In this document: positions 23,691-36,785 of the stretch, piece by piece
Numbering within the stretch: the stretch's first letter is position 1
Layout of the letters: every line of letters begins with the position of its first letter
NCBI RefSeq assembly: GCF_018350175.1
Contig: NC_058368.1
Location: 127,350,001 to 127,414,000 of the forward strand
DNA: 64,000 nucleotides
Source: Felis catus
Lineage: Eukaryota
Reading direction: 5' to 3'
Translations under genes and position numbers: made by a program
Notes under the pieces: model-generated
What the model was told of the DNA's origin: nothing
Databases searched by the model: none
What the model saw: only the letters and a program-made list of their open reading frames with translations

Positions 23691-25854
23691 GAACAGAATA
23701 TAGTAAGGCTCAACTCAGTAGGGTGGATGGCAAATTTTCTTGACCTATTTACACAAGGGAGAGACTCACATTGATGTCCCACTAGAACCTTTAGCTACTA
23801 GTGCTCTAAGGGAACTGGCATATTTGTTTTGTTTCACTGGGCAAACAGAAGTATGACTTAGGGATGGCTGTAGGGTCCGTGAATCATTGTTATTTTCAGT
23901 GTGCACTCTCGGGCGTAAAAGCTGTGATGTGAATTGCTGACTAATTTTATAAAGCACCTGGGGCTCCTCAGGGCACAGGCACTATGTCAATACCAACATT
24001 AAACAAATAGCAGTAATTGGCCAAATCCTCCCGTGGTGTAAGGCAAATAAAATATGTTCCCTTTTGGAAGTTCATGACGTCTGCCAGGTTTACCACTTGG
24101 CAACCCTGATGAAGCAAATAGGAGGCAGAGCAGTTTTTGAGAGCCACTTTTGCCACCATTGCATATGGCCTCCAAACAACCACTGTGAGATGTTGAGTAT
24201 TTAACAGCAAATTAAATCTGAGAAGGTTTTGTTTTTTATTTCTCTATCACAATAAGGTACTGAATAACCACTTGAAATATTAGGCCTTTTCATTTTCCAG
24301 GCAATTTCACTATTAATCAGAAATAAGAGTAGAGCAATATTCTTCAGATAAAAGCAGAATCATTTTCCACCAATTTTAGAGCACATACAAATCCCTACTT
24401 AGCAAAAGCACTTTTTAAAGCACTGCATCTCTTATAATTTCTCAATATGAATTTTGATTAAAGAAAATTTCTAAAAACAAGTACAGCTGGTAGGGTTCTA
24501 AATGATAGATGAAACTCTGAAAATGTATATAACACATTAACAAGATGTCTTTGTGTTTCTAAGAATTCTATAGGGAAAGGTACCTAATTTCAGTGCAATT
24601 CTTTACTCACTCTACCCCACCCTACACAAAAATAGACATGTATAAATGAGAAAGAGCATATACACATATATATGTATATATATGTACATATATATGTGTG
24701 TATACACACAATATATATATACACATATATATGTATATATATATTTGTACACACACACACACACACACACAAACTTATAAACCAACACTGAGATCTGAAT
24801 TTTAACTTAATAAGGGATAGCTCAGAATAACCTGGTTTCACTTTGTTAACTCCGAATTTCAAAGGAAAAAAAAAAAAAACAACAAAAGCCTTAAACCATT
24901 TTCTCAAAGTTATTAAACTATCATTACTCTTAGAATTATGAGACATTTTTGCTGAAAGACTTTAGGGTTAATCTAGTAGGACTTTTATTTCACAGATGGA
25001 GAGGGTAAATCTCAGAGCGGTCATTTCTCTAGGAATATACAAATCAACTATCATACCTTGAGCCATAGCTACTGTTGGTATTTTAGGATGTCCTTCAAGA
25101 TGTTTTCCTGAAAATTACTACATACTGGTATTAAAAAAAAAGTCTCTCATTTTACATATTCTTTTTATATTGTTTTCCTTTAACATAACATGAATATCTA
25201 CTATGTTAAAAATTCTCCTTGTATATCAGTATTCCACCACATGCATTCACTTTGATACATTAATCCTCACTGTGGGATGGATATTAGACTAATCTGCAAT
25301 TTTTAACTATAATATACAAAGATGTAGCTAAACCTTTTTATGTATTCTTAATTATTTCCTTAGGATAAATTTTAAAACAGAAATTGTCTTCATGGAGTAT
25401 GGATTTTTTTTTGGGGGGGGGCAGGGTTTTAGTTTTTGGCAATTATTATTGAATTGCCTTTTAGAAAAGCTAATCAAATTTTCACTTTCACTCTTGGTGA
25501 GTAAGAATGTCCCAATTTGAATCAATATTTGGTTTTATCTGGATTTGTTATTTTAATCTTTTAACACTTTCATTAGACAAAATATTGCCCTCCTATTGTT
25601 TAATTTGCACTTATCTTTAATTTTGGGCTTTTATTCACTTTACTGGCAAATTGGGTTTCTTTTCTTATGTATTGATTGTGTGTTGTTTTTTTCTGTAAGG
25701 ATGCTCATAGTTTTTGTTATTAATTTCTAAGGACTTTTTAACACATTAAGCTTAATGTCCCTTTAGCTGTGTTAGAAATTGATCCCCTGATTTGTTATGT
25801 GCCTTTGCATTTTATTTGTGGAATTTTTTAATGTGCAGAAATATTTGATTTTTT

Positions 25855-26208
25855 TAAAGTTTTTATTTTAATTCTAGTTAGATAGAATACAGTGTTATAT
25901 TAGATTTAGGTGTACAATACAGTGATTCAACAATTCCATATATCCCCAGGTCTTCATCATCACAGGTATACTCCTTAATCCTCATTACCCATTTCCCCCA
26001 TTTCCCCCACTCAGCTCCCGTCTGCTGACCATGAGTTTGTTCTCTATAGTTAAGAGTCTGTTTCTTGGTTTGACTCTCTCTCCCTCTCTTTTTTTTTTCC
26101 CCTTTGCTCTTTTGTTTCTTAGATTTCACATATGAGTGAAATCATAGCGTATTTGTATTTCTCTCAACTTATTTTGCTTAGCATTATACTCTCTAGCTCC
26201 ATCCATGA
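25855..26208 (-). mobile_element. 5'-truncated carnivore L1 3' end
   Basis: gtacaatacagtgattcaacaattcca..gttctctatagttaagagtctg..cacatatgagtgaaatcata; perfect TSD aaatatttgatttttt at 25839-25854 and 26209-26224. Confidence 0.9.
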
Positions 26209-26299
26209 AAATATTTGATTTTTTATGTACACATATTTATTAGACACTTCTGCACATTGTCTAGCTCTGGTGATATGCTTAGAAATACCTCCTCACCTT

Positions 26300-26528
26300 G
26301 GGGTGCCTGGGTGGCTCAGTTGGTTAAGTGGCTGACTGCATTTTGGCTCAGGTCTTGATCTCAAGGTTCCCAAGTTCAAGCCCCTCATCGGGCTCTGCAC
26401 TCAGCTCACAGTACAGAGTCTGCTTCGGATCCACTGCCTCCCTCCTCTACCCCTCCCCCACGCATGTGTGCACATGTACTCATTCTCAAAAATAAAAATA
26501 AATGTTAACAAAAATTTTAAATCAAAAG
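26300..26528 (+). mobile_element. Can-SINE
   Basis: ggggtgcctgggtggctcagttggttaag..; diverged TSD agaaatacctcctcac / agaaattcctccccac. Confidence 0.88.
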
Positions 26529-26654
26529 AAGAAATTCCTCCCCACTTTGAAATTAAATAAATATTCACCCATGTTGATTATAGTAATTTAATACTTTTTA
26601 GTTGTTACATTAATAAAATTATGTATTATATATTAATAAATAGTGTTTCCATTT

Positions 26655-26682
26655 TAATTTTAATTTTTTAATGTTTATTTAT

Positions 26683-26742
<60 letters not shown>

Positions 26743-26870
26743 ATATCCCAAGCAGGCTCTACCCTCAGTGTGGAGGCTGCGGTGGGGGCTCCATCCCATG
26801 ACCATGAGATCATGATCTGAGCAGAAATCAAAAGTTGCACACTCAACCAACTGAACTACCAAGGCACCCC
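26655..26870 (-). mobile_element. Can-SINE with long (AG)n
   Basis: T tail, (GA)n at ~26686-26738, ccaaggcacccc. Confidence 0.88.
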
Positions 26871-26871
26871 T

Positions 26872-27600
26872 AATTTTTATTTTATTAAAGTATAGTTGGC
26901 ATACAATCTTCTTTAATTTCAGCTATACAACATAGTGATTCAACAATTATATTCATTGCTACTTGCTTACTACAGTAAGTGTAGTCATCCTTGGTCCCCA
27001 TACAAGGTTATTACAATATTGTTGACTATATTCCCTATGCTGTACTTTTCATTACCATGACTTATTTATTTTATAACTTGAAGTTTCTACCTATTTAGAC
27101 CCTTTGCTTATTTTGCCCATTCCCCCACCCCCCTCTGCCTTCTGGCAACTACCAGTTTGTTCTCTGTATTTATGAGTCTATTTCTGTTTTGTTTTGTTGG
27201 ATTCTACATATAAGTAAAATCATATGGTATTTGTCTTTTTTCTGACTTATTTCACTTAGCTTAATACCCTCTAGGTTTATCCACGGTGTTCCAAATGGCA
27301 AAATTTCATTTTTTTTAATGCCTGAGTAATCCTTATTTACGTATATATATCGTACCTTCTTTATCCACTCATCCACTGATGGACGCTTGGGCTGCTTCTA
27401 TATTTTAGCTGTTGTAAACAATGCTTTAATAAACATAGAGATGCAAATATCTTTTCAAATTAGTGTTTTTGTTTTCTTTGGGTAAATACCCAAAAGTGGA
27501 ATCACTGGGTCATATGGTATTTCTATTTTTTATTTTTTGAGGAACCTTCACACTGTTTTTAATTCTGGCTGTACCAATTTACTTCCCACCAACAGTGCAC
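26872..27600 (-). mobile_element. L1 3' end including an ORF2 C-terminal remnant (L1MA/carnivore type)
   Basis: ORF 27170-27376 (MDEWIKKVRYIY..IKKNEILPFGTPWINLEGIKLSEISQKKDKYHMILLICRI) is the characteristic L1 ORF2p C-terminus. Confidence 0.92.
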
Positions 27601-28096
27601 ATTTTATTTTACTTTCTTTCATTTTATTTTCATTAAAACCTTACCTAATATATATATACATATATAATATAATATAATATAATATAACATAATATAATAT
27701 AATATAATATTTATTTATTTATGGAAAATGTAAGGAAAAAATCTGTTTATATTATTTTCCCAAATTATTAGCTATTGTCTCAACACCACTTATTGAATAA
27801 CTATGCCTTTTCTCATTGAATAAAATGCTCAAATGCTATTTTAATCATACAGTAGGTATATATGTATACCTATGCATGTACAGACACATACACACATGAC
27901 GTCTAATTAGGAGTCTATAGTCTTTTCAACTGATTTTAATCTAGTTCTTCACCTGAACCACTGTCCTAATTCTCATAGTTTTATAACATGTTATAATTTC
28001 TGCAGTGGTGACTTCATCTCTCCACCCTCCAACCATTGTGCTTCTTTTCTAGTTCTTCTTGGCACTCTCATGTATATGTTCCTTTAGATGAACTTT

Positions 28097-28398
28097 CTTA
28101 CTTTTTTTTTAAGTTTATTTATTTTGAGACAGAGAGTGCGAGCAAGCACAGGGGTGGGGTGGGGATGAAAAGTGGCGGGGGAGGAGAGAGGGAGAGGGAG
28201 AGGGAGAGGGAGAGGGAGAGGGAGAGGGAGAGGGAGAGGGAGAGGGAGAGGGAGAGGGAGAGGGAGAGAGAATCCCAAGCAGGCTCTGCACTGTCAGCAC
28301 AGAGCCCAATGTAGGGCTCAAACTCAGGAACCATTAGATCATGACCTGAGCTAAAATTGAGTTTTGGGCACTTAACTGATTGAGCCATCCAGGTGCCC
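28097..28398 (-). mobile_element. Can-SINE with expanded (GAGAGG)n
   Basis: Perfect TSD tagatgaacttt at 28085-28096 and 28399-28410. Confidence 0.92.
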
Positions 28399-28524
28399 TA
28401 GATGAACTTTTGCAACATTTCATCAAAATCAGGAATATATCTCATTGGTATTGAGTGTAACTGAATAACTTGTGTAGAGTAATCAGCCAGAACTAGACTT
28501 TTAAGCTTCTTAAATAGGTCTTCC

Positions 28525-28755
28525 AGTGGCATAGTAAGAATGAAGTTCAGAAATAGTCTGCATAGATTCAATCCTAGCTTCAGCTTTTGCTAGCTCTGTC
28601 ATTTGGGGCAAGGAGCTTTAATTTCCCCGAATCCTAGCTACCACATTTGTAAAATTGGAAAAATAACACTAGCTCCTTGATAGGATCGTATAAAATTAAC
28701 AGATGATTTAATATGCAATGTGCAAGGCACTTAAATCCTTAATTAGTATGAGACA
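28525..28755 (+). mobile_element. MIR
   Basis: gtggcatagtaagaa..gattcaatcctagct..catttgtaaaattgg..tgtgcaaggcactta. Confidence 0.7.
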
Positions 28756-28916
28756 TGGTTATGATGCCTTTAAGTTTTCTTTACTTAAAATTGTTTTCTT
28801 CATTAAAAAATCTTTCTGATTTCTTATTATTTTCATTCCTAAGTACAATATGTTTTGTGACTGGAATCGTGTGCTATTTAAAAGATATTTCCCATTACAA
28901 TTTCTAACTTACTCTT

Positions 28917-29170
28917 CTTTTTTATTTTATTTTTTTTTTTTAAATTTTTTCAACTTTTTTTTTTTTTTTTTTTTTTTTTAATTTTGGGACAGAGAGAGAC
29001 AGAGCATGAACGGGGGAGGGGCAGAGAGAGAGGGAGACACAGAATCGGAAACAGGCTCCAGGCTCCGAGCCATCAGCCCAGAGCCTGACGCGGGGCTCGA
29101 ACTCACGGACCGCGAGATCGTGACCTGGCTGAAGTCGGACGCTTAACCGACTGCGCCACCCAGGCACCCC
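28917..29170 (-). mobile_element. Young felid SINEC_Fc-type element
   Basis: CpG-intact, long T tracts, perfect TSD aacttactctt at 28906-28916 and 29171-29181. Confidence 0.96.
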
Positions 29171-30140
29171 AACTTACTCTTACAGAAACATTAACGCATA
29201 TTTGCTTATATTTTGTACTTGGCCACCTTATTGAATCTCAACATTATTTAATAATATTTCAACTAATTACTTTGGCTCTTCCCTATAAATACCCAGATAG
29301 TTATAAAGTCACTTTTTATTTTATATTCTATGTTTCAAATAATTGTACTAATTAGAACTTCCCAAACAATGTTACACAAAAATATTTTAATATTGCATAA
29401 TAGCGCTTATAGGTAGGCTGATTTTAATACAATACATTTAACACAACTCTTTTCAGCTATTCTGCTGTTATTTCACTTCTGTGCTGTTTTTAACAATAAA
29501 TGGATATTAAATTCTAATCAAATGCCATTCTGCCATGTGTCATTATAAGCCTACTGCTCTTCCTTTTCACCTATTAATACGATGGATTCTGTGAGCAGAT
29601 TCCTTCCCAATGAACCAGGTGTGCACTTACAGAATCAACCTTATTTGACATGAGCATTATTTGTTTAACAAAATGTAGGGTTCAATTTACCTATATTGTA
29701 CCTAGAATTTTGTCTCTTTATTAGTAAGTAGTAATGGTAATTAATTAATTAATTATAAGTCATTAGCAACAGTAGGATGGATTGAGAGATTTCTTATTAC
29801 ACTTAGGTTTAGTTCATATAGTGAACTGTAAAGTTGCTTCTTTTCGTACTCTTCAGAAAATTTTAAATAACATACTACCTTTTTATTCTTCAAAGAATGT
29901 AAATACTTTCAAAGAAATTCTCTCAACTTGATGTCTTTTGCAGGGCTGTTTTTCAAAAGCAACTTTTCTAATTTTTTTTCCAATAAATATTGCTTCATCA
30001 AGGTTATGTAGTTTAATTTTTGTAAATTTTTGAAATATATGTGTATATATATACAAAAATAGTTTTTTTTTTTTAAATAGAAAGGTATCATTTAATGAAG
30101 ACTTTCTGGTAAATATTATTCTATCATGTCTAACTAATAG

Positions 30141-30145
<5 letters not shown>

Positions 30146-30220
<75 letters not shown>
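30146..30220. repeat. Compound (CT)n(GT)n microsatellite
   Basis: Directly visible. Confidence 0.97.
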
Positions 30221-30222
<2 letters not shown>

Positions 30223-30984
30223 AAACAGTTACATATATATGTAAGTATATACACACACATTATATATGTAACTTTCACCAACTGTTAGGTATTACTGTGT
30301 CTCATTTTCTCTCACCATAGAAAACTGGGAAAGACATTTTAGGAGGTGAGAAATAAAGCATCCTCTCTCAACTTTCTACCAGCTCCCAAGAGAAACATTA
30401 TTGTCTCATAGATGGGTCTCCGTGCCAAAAGTGCATACCTCTGGGTTCATTTTCCCTAATCACCTGGGAGTAATTTTCCATTTTCCACTTTAAAAGAGTG
30501 AACAGGGATCCTTCTCCTCATAATCTAGGTGCTAAGTGATTTAATAGGTGTTTCATAAAATTCAAAAGCAGAAGTAAGATTTATAACAGAAACACTTCTC
30601 AACTGTCTCCATTCTCACATCCTGGCTCTGAATACAGGGAGTTCGTTAGGCCTAATTTCGGAAAGAACATGTACTTTTTTTTTCATATTGTATAACATTT
30701 GAGCAACATTTAAATGAATGCTCGGTGAGATTTTTCAAATAGAAATTTAAAATATTCTTATGTTACTAAGAAAGGTTAATAGACCAAAATAAGCCATACT
30801 TAATATTTCAGAAACGAGTATAGAAACTACTGTTTAAAAAATAAAAGTCAAGGTTAGCATTACAAAGCGAAAAGTGAAACCTGGAGGAACCAAAGATTTT
30901 AAAATAATTAAACCTTCCCTCTAGCAGACCCTCATGGAGTGCTATGTTACTTACTGAGTTGTAACAAATGGAGCAAAGTAAGGA

Positions 30985-31590
30985 AAATAATAACAGCTAC
31001 AGTTTCTTGAGCACTAGCCACATATCTGGCACAATGCTGAGTGTTATATGCATTAGCTCTAGCCCTCAGAGACAACCATAAGGAGGCGTAGCAGAGGAGA
31101 GCTGACATTCCCTACCTACGCTTCCTAACTGCTAGGCACCTGGACCAGTGAGTTCTTTGTAGGAACCATCTCATTACACTTCCACAATCAACTTGCAGAA
31201 CAGCTATCATTGTCCCCATTTTGGAGATGAGAAAACCGAGTCTAAGATCCGAAGTCATAGAGCTAGTAAATGACAATTAATAAGACAGAAGTCCACACTG
31301 CTTATATTGTATCACTGTTTCGGGTTTGACTCAACTTCTTTCTGAGAACAATGGCTAACTTGTCAGTGACTCAGAACATGCCAGGCACTGTTCTAAGTGC
31401 ATCCCCTTCTTAAATCTTCGCAGCCACATTAAAAAATAGGGCCTAGGAAAGACCCCGTAATTCTGACTTAATAGAGAAGGACATTTGAGACTGAGGTTGA
31501 CCTGCCCAAGGTCACATAGGTGGTGAGTGCCAGGGCCAGGACATGCACCCAGACTACTTAATTCCAGACTCCACGCTTTTAATCACTATA
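30985..31590 (-). mobile_element. Cluster of MIR fragments
   Basis: ccccattttggagatgagaaaaccgag; atgccaggcactgttctaagtgc; ctgcccaaggtcacatag. Confidence 0.75.
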
Positions 31591-32859
31591 CTTTCAGAAA
31601 TGCCCACCATGAAAGATGGCTGAATTTGGGGAATACTATTTATAAAATATAAAGGAGTGTGATAAATTAGCATTCGGAAGAGAAGTCTATGATTTCTAAG
31701 TTGCTGAATGGGCAGTTTTCCTTAGATGGCAACTATGCTGAGTCTCCACTGAGGGAAGAACACAATGAAATACAACTGAAATGGTGACAGGACAGTGAAC
31801 CGTGAAATAACTGTAGGCATCGCAGTCAGAAACAGGTCTCACTTTTCCAAGAGGTAAATTACGTTACGCCTGACTACAAAGATTTTAGGATCCTGTTTCT
31901 GACTTCAGCAGAGTAATTTAGAATGACTCAGTAAAGATAAGAAAAACAAAGGGTAGATAAGTATCCAAATGAATGTGTTTCCATTCTAAACTTCTGAGGG
32001 AATGGGGGAGGGGAAGAGGATGAAACACACAGGGCAAAGGTAAATTTATTTGTGGAAAAGTATAGGGAAAAGAGCAAAAGGAAACACTGGTCCCTGGACA
32101 AGTCTGACTCTTCTTAAGGTCTTCGAGCTCATACTTCTCACCCCTAACTTGTTACAAAGCCTTAAGAGTTTTGACCCTCTGAACCCTTTCCATTTCAGTC
32201 CCCAGAGGGCTGAAGCCAAGAAGTCCCTGGCACTGGTGACCTTTTCAGATGCTCAGGTGGATATGCTAATTCATCCTGGCCTCTTCCACCACTTTCTCTA
32301 AACTGTAGTGAGAATATTCCAAGGCAAATGAGGATATCTCAGAATCCCCACTCCTCATGAAAAAAGATGAAGCACGCTGACCTTGTTTCCAGCTAGTGCT
32401 GGGATGAGCAAGTGCTTCATTAGAATGTGACCGACCGACCTTCTGTGCTCTGTGAAAACCTGGTCCCTGCAAGGTATTTGCCAGAGGAGGTGGAAGGGTC
32501 TTATTTCAGGTGAATAAATACATAGCTCAGGTTTCCATAATGTTTCTGAACTGATTCCAATGTTTTATGTACTTTCTTGTTGGTTTCCAGAATTTATGAA
32601 CCCTATCCTAGACAATTTTTTTCTTAGAAATAAGCTTTTTAGAGAATATCAGTACTTTTTCTCCATTTTCTGACTATGGCGAGTCCTCTTGAGGGGCGGT
32701 GAATGTCACATTACACTAGGAGAGGCCTCCACACCTGACACAGTGCACCTCTTGAGCACCTTGGCAGAAGTGCGATCGAGTTTCTAACCTGCATCCTAAT
32801 GTTCTGATTCTGACATTTTATTCAAATTGTCTCTCATTCTCTAAGTATTTACTTTACTC

Positions 32860-33000
32860 TAGGTGTCCACCATGCTAAGTGCTTCTTGTTTAACCAGCAA
32901 AACAATCCTCTAAGAAAGACATTTTTGGTTTCTAAATACCAGAGCAGGGAGATGGGAGGTAGAGAGAGGTTTAAGTGACTTGCATGTGGCCATGGCCATG
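32860..33000 (-). mobile_element. MIR fragment
   Basis: catgctaagtgctt..aacaatcct..agagaggtttaagtgacttgc. Confidence 0.6.
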
Positions 33001-34554
33001 ACTTGGGGATTCTGCTTTGTTATGAAGTCTTGCTAAAGACTATTACAACACTGATTCTTTATCCAAATAGTGTGCCATGAGAAAATACACTGCAGGGTCT
33101 GATACAAGGAAAACTTTGTCTTCCCCAAGAAATGGATGTTGTGTTCTTCTCATCTAACATTTGTCCTGTTTTACTGCTGAGTTTGGCCACTCTGTAGCTA
33201 TGAGATAGATTTCTGGGCTCCTTCAGAGGAAACACAATGACGTGTATTATTGGAATATTCACTTTCTTTTCATCCAATTTTCTTTTTCAAAATCTAAATA
33301 AAAAGAGAAGACTTTATTGCCTTTGTACTTTTTGCTAAGATACTTGAAGTCCTTTTTTGTAACTAGGCAGGGCATGAATAAAGGAAGGGAAGGAGGGAGG
33401 AGAAAAGCAGGCAAACAATCAAGGAGTCAAACATATAAAACGGCTGCCATTTATAGTTTTTAAATGATGGAAAGATTGCGTTCCAATAGCTGAAACCTTA
33501 ATGAAATTCCGTGCGGAACCACTATCTCTAGGAATCCTTTATGTAAAACTGTGTCAAATAATAAAATGAGTAAGAATGGAGGCTGAAATAAATGAACTTT
33601 TTGTAAGCAGCCAAGTCTTTGATCTAATGTTCCTTGTTCACTACAGCTAAAGGTTCCCCAAGAGTGAACATAAACCGTGAGGATTTTTCCGCACTCTTGT
33701 CTTATGATAAGCACTATAGTAAAATAAAATGTATGACTATGATTTACACTCTCATCATGACAATCCTTTAGAATATTCTAAGCAATGTTGTAATAACAAC
33801 CGAAAATACTGCATGGTCTGATTTTACACCAGTTTGCAATTCAGGTTAACTTTCCTCACCCCCTACATTGTTAGATAATTGTGGCAACTGTCCCACATGG
33901 TGAGTGTTCTTTCCTGGTCACGTCAGCACTGTGGGACTGAGAACCTTCACAAGCCAGCACTGCCATCTTTGACAACTGACAATATGTCTAAAAGCCACAC
34001 AGACGTTGAACATAGCTAAAGATTGGGGGAGACTTTCTCACTTTGTCAAATGTTTCGAATACAATGAAAGTTTGTAGAATATACTTTAGAAATAATTTTT
34101 GTCAGTAGGTTATGTCCTGTGAGTTAATATAAGCATTTACACTATCGTAGTTGGCGTACCCTTCTTTTTAGTCACAGACATCCTGAGAGAACAAAGCACT
34201 TAATTGAATTAAAGAATGAGCTAAAACAGCAATGTGAGAATAAGGAAAATAAACATCAAAGCCACACAATGCTAAACACAGATCAGCACTGCTATATTTG
34301 CAAATGAAATCAGCTAAAGGAAGGAAAGTATAAACTTACAAGGCAATGTACACACTAGGTAAAATGAGAAACCAGGGAAGGAAAGAACCTAGAAGTACCT
34401 TCCTTCAGGTCTTCCTGTTGGAAAGGACTAGTGACAGGGTGATCTGTCATTAACACTCCACCTCCTTATAAAATGATGTACATACTTGGTTGTGCAGAAA
34501 CCACAAATATTAGGAATACGACTAAACAATGCATGCTTGCAGATTTACAACAGA

Positions 34555-35120
34555 AGAAATGGATCCATTTTTCCTACAAATCTTAACTGAGCATCTACTA
34601 TATACTAAGTGCTTTTCTAGGTTGAGGGATCTAACAGGAAACACAACAGACCAAATGTCTTTTCTTATGGAGTTCATATTCCAGTTGGAGAAGTATGAAC
34701 ATTAAAATAAATAACTAGGGGCACCTGGGTGGCTCAGTTGGCTCAGACTCTTGGTTTCAGCTCAGGTCATGATCTCACGGTTTCATGAGTTCAAGCCCAT
34801 GTCAGGCTCTGTGCTAGAGGTGTGGAGCCTGCTTGGGATTCTCTCTCTACCTCTCTCTCTGCCCCTCTCCTGCTCACACTGTCTCTGTCTCTCTCAAAAA
34901 TAAATAACCTGAAAAAATAATAAAATAAAATAAGCAAGTAAATTATTAGGTATTTTAGCAAGAGATAAGTTTGCTAGAGAAAAATATAGCAGAGACGTCT
35001 ACAAGGGTAGGAGTTAGGCATGGAGACTGCAGCTCTCAATCTGTTGGTTAAAAAAATGCTACACTGAAGTGACTTTTGAGTGAAAACGCGAAGACAGTGA
35101 GCCATACACATATCAGGTAG
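34555..35120 (-). mobile_element. L2 fragment interrupted by a Can-SINE
   Basis: tgagcatctactata..ttctaggtt..ttatggagttcatattccagttggag. Confidence 0.6.
34718..34932 (+). mobile_element. Can-SINE
   Basis: ggggcacctgggtggctcag..(CT)-rich..caaaaataaata tail. Confidence 0.92.
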
Positions 35121-35951
35121 AAAGCAAACTATTTATTTCCTCATTTGGATATAAATGTGCTGGGGGAGGAAAGTATTTTCTATGCTCCTAGACCATGCTT
35201 CTCAAGCAGCAGCATGTAGATGACAGAATAGTAGAAGGGGAATCAAAGCCAACAAGTGGAAGAAAAAGAACACATTTTTATGTTGAAAAAAAAATTGAGA
35301 AAAGTAAAGGATCAGAACACATAGATTTTTAAGATAAAAATGGAGGCGTTAAAAAAAATTATATTTGACACCATAATTCCAGGCTACTCCCCCGGACACC
35401 AGGCGCACATGTTCACTTTCTTCTGGCATGAAAAGTTTTAGTGTAAGAGTTAGAGAAGTCCCCATCTCACTGCTGCAGAAGTCAGGTTATGGTGATGACT
35501 GAGTTTAGGGGAATTCAAGATCACTAATATTCACTGGGTTCATCCTATGTGCAAGACATAATGGATACAGCATGTGGACTGCTCCTAATCTCACAGTGGT
35601 ATGCTTGGATTTTACATAGATCTAAGCTACACTAAATAGGTGGGGAAATCAGTGAATGGAGTGGGAAGGGTTGTGAATCTCAGAACACAAGATAGGCTTC
35701 TTTTTTTTTTTTTTTTTTTTTAAACTAGTTCAGCCTTGACTGATGGCAGTGGAGGAAAAGAGACCATGAGCCAAAACGACTGATATTCAAATAAAATCAT
35801 GGCTCTGTCCTTTGGGGTCATGAGATCTGCTTAATTTCAGATACTTCATTTTAAATGAGTTATGCAACAATAATACATGTAAACTCATGGTACCTATCCA
35901 CCTTTCATCTTAGGAGACTAATGGTTTAATATCTTTTAAAGAAAGGTGTTT

Positions 35952-36195
35952 GGGGAGCCTGGCTGGCTCAGTCAATTAAGTGTCCAGCTTCAGCTCAGGT
36001 CACAATCTCACAGTTTGTGGGTTCAAGACCCGCGTTGGGCTCTGTGCTGACAGCTCAGAGCCTGGAGCCTGCTTTGGGTCCGTCCTGTGTCTCTCTTTCT
36101 CCTCCTCCCTGCTCATGCTCTGTCTCCCTCTATCTCTCAAAAATGAATAAACATTAAAATTTTTTTTTAAATAAAAAAATGAAAAATAAAAAAAT
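35952..36195 (+). mobile_element. Can-SINE
   Basis: SINEC body; TSD aaaggtgtt at 35942-35950 and 36196-36204. Confidence 0.92.
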
Positions 36196-36712
36196 AAAGG
36201 TGTTCATTGAAGAAAAACCAGTCTGAATATATGTAACTATTTTTCTACTTATTATTATATGTTTAACATAAAATGTAAAAGTCAAAATAATATAATTCTT
36301 AGTTCAAATGAGCCATGTTATGATCTTCAGTAATTTTAGATCCATCGATAGGTGTGATCCATTACAATGTTGTTTAAAAGAGATGATTTCATTTATTATA
36401 TGAATGTTGTTTAAGGAAATTAGTAGAAAAAAAATTAAATGTTTGTTCTGGAGAGATTTCATGCTATTAACTTCAAAGTACCTCCAGTGACCCTCTTGAA
36501 CCTGAGCTATAGATATGAGTGTGAATGACGCGGATTGTTCTGGGGTGGAAACGTTTCATGAAGTCACTCTCAAAGTTCACCTATAATGTCAAAGATCAAC
36601 TATAGCTGAGAGCTCTTGAACATATTCCCACAATACTGAATACATTGTTAAAATATACTTTCAAGGCTTTTCGAGTAGGAAAGCTAAAATTTAAACTTTG
36701 AATTTAAAATTT

Positions 36713-36785
36713 AGCACTGGGTGTTGTATGGAAACCAATTTGACAACAAATTCCATATTAAAAAAATAAAAAATAAAAAAATAAT
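36713..36785 (+). mobile_element. Extremely 5'-truncated felid L1 3' tip with A-rich tail
   Basis: agcactgggtgttgtatggaaaccaatttgacaacaaattccatattaaaaaaa matches the felid L1 terminus as I recall it; taaaattta is duplicated on both sides. Confidence 0.8.

Larger units (their letters stand above)
25130..29740 (-). mobile_element. Ancient L1 (L1ME-like) scaffold fragmented by younger insertions
   Basis: T-rich L1-antisense motifs (atttccttaggataaat, ttaatttgcac, caacaccacttattgaataa, cttcccaaacaatgtt, ttatttgacatgag) between the nested elements. Confidence 0.6.

Noticed and set aside
27170..27376. 68-aa ORF with real protein similarity
   Set aside because: It is the L1 ORF2 C-terminal remnant of a truncated element, not a host gene.
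28036..28388. ER/GR/PL/SP dipeptide-repeat ORFs
   Set aside because: They are translations of the (GAGAGG)n tract inside a SINE.
33059..33293. Possible minus-strand coding exon after tctctttttatttag
   Set aside because: No frame gives a protein I recognise, early stops occur and no convincing donor site follows.
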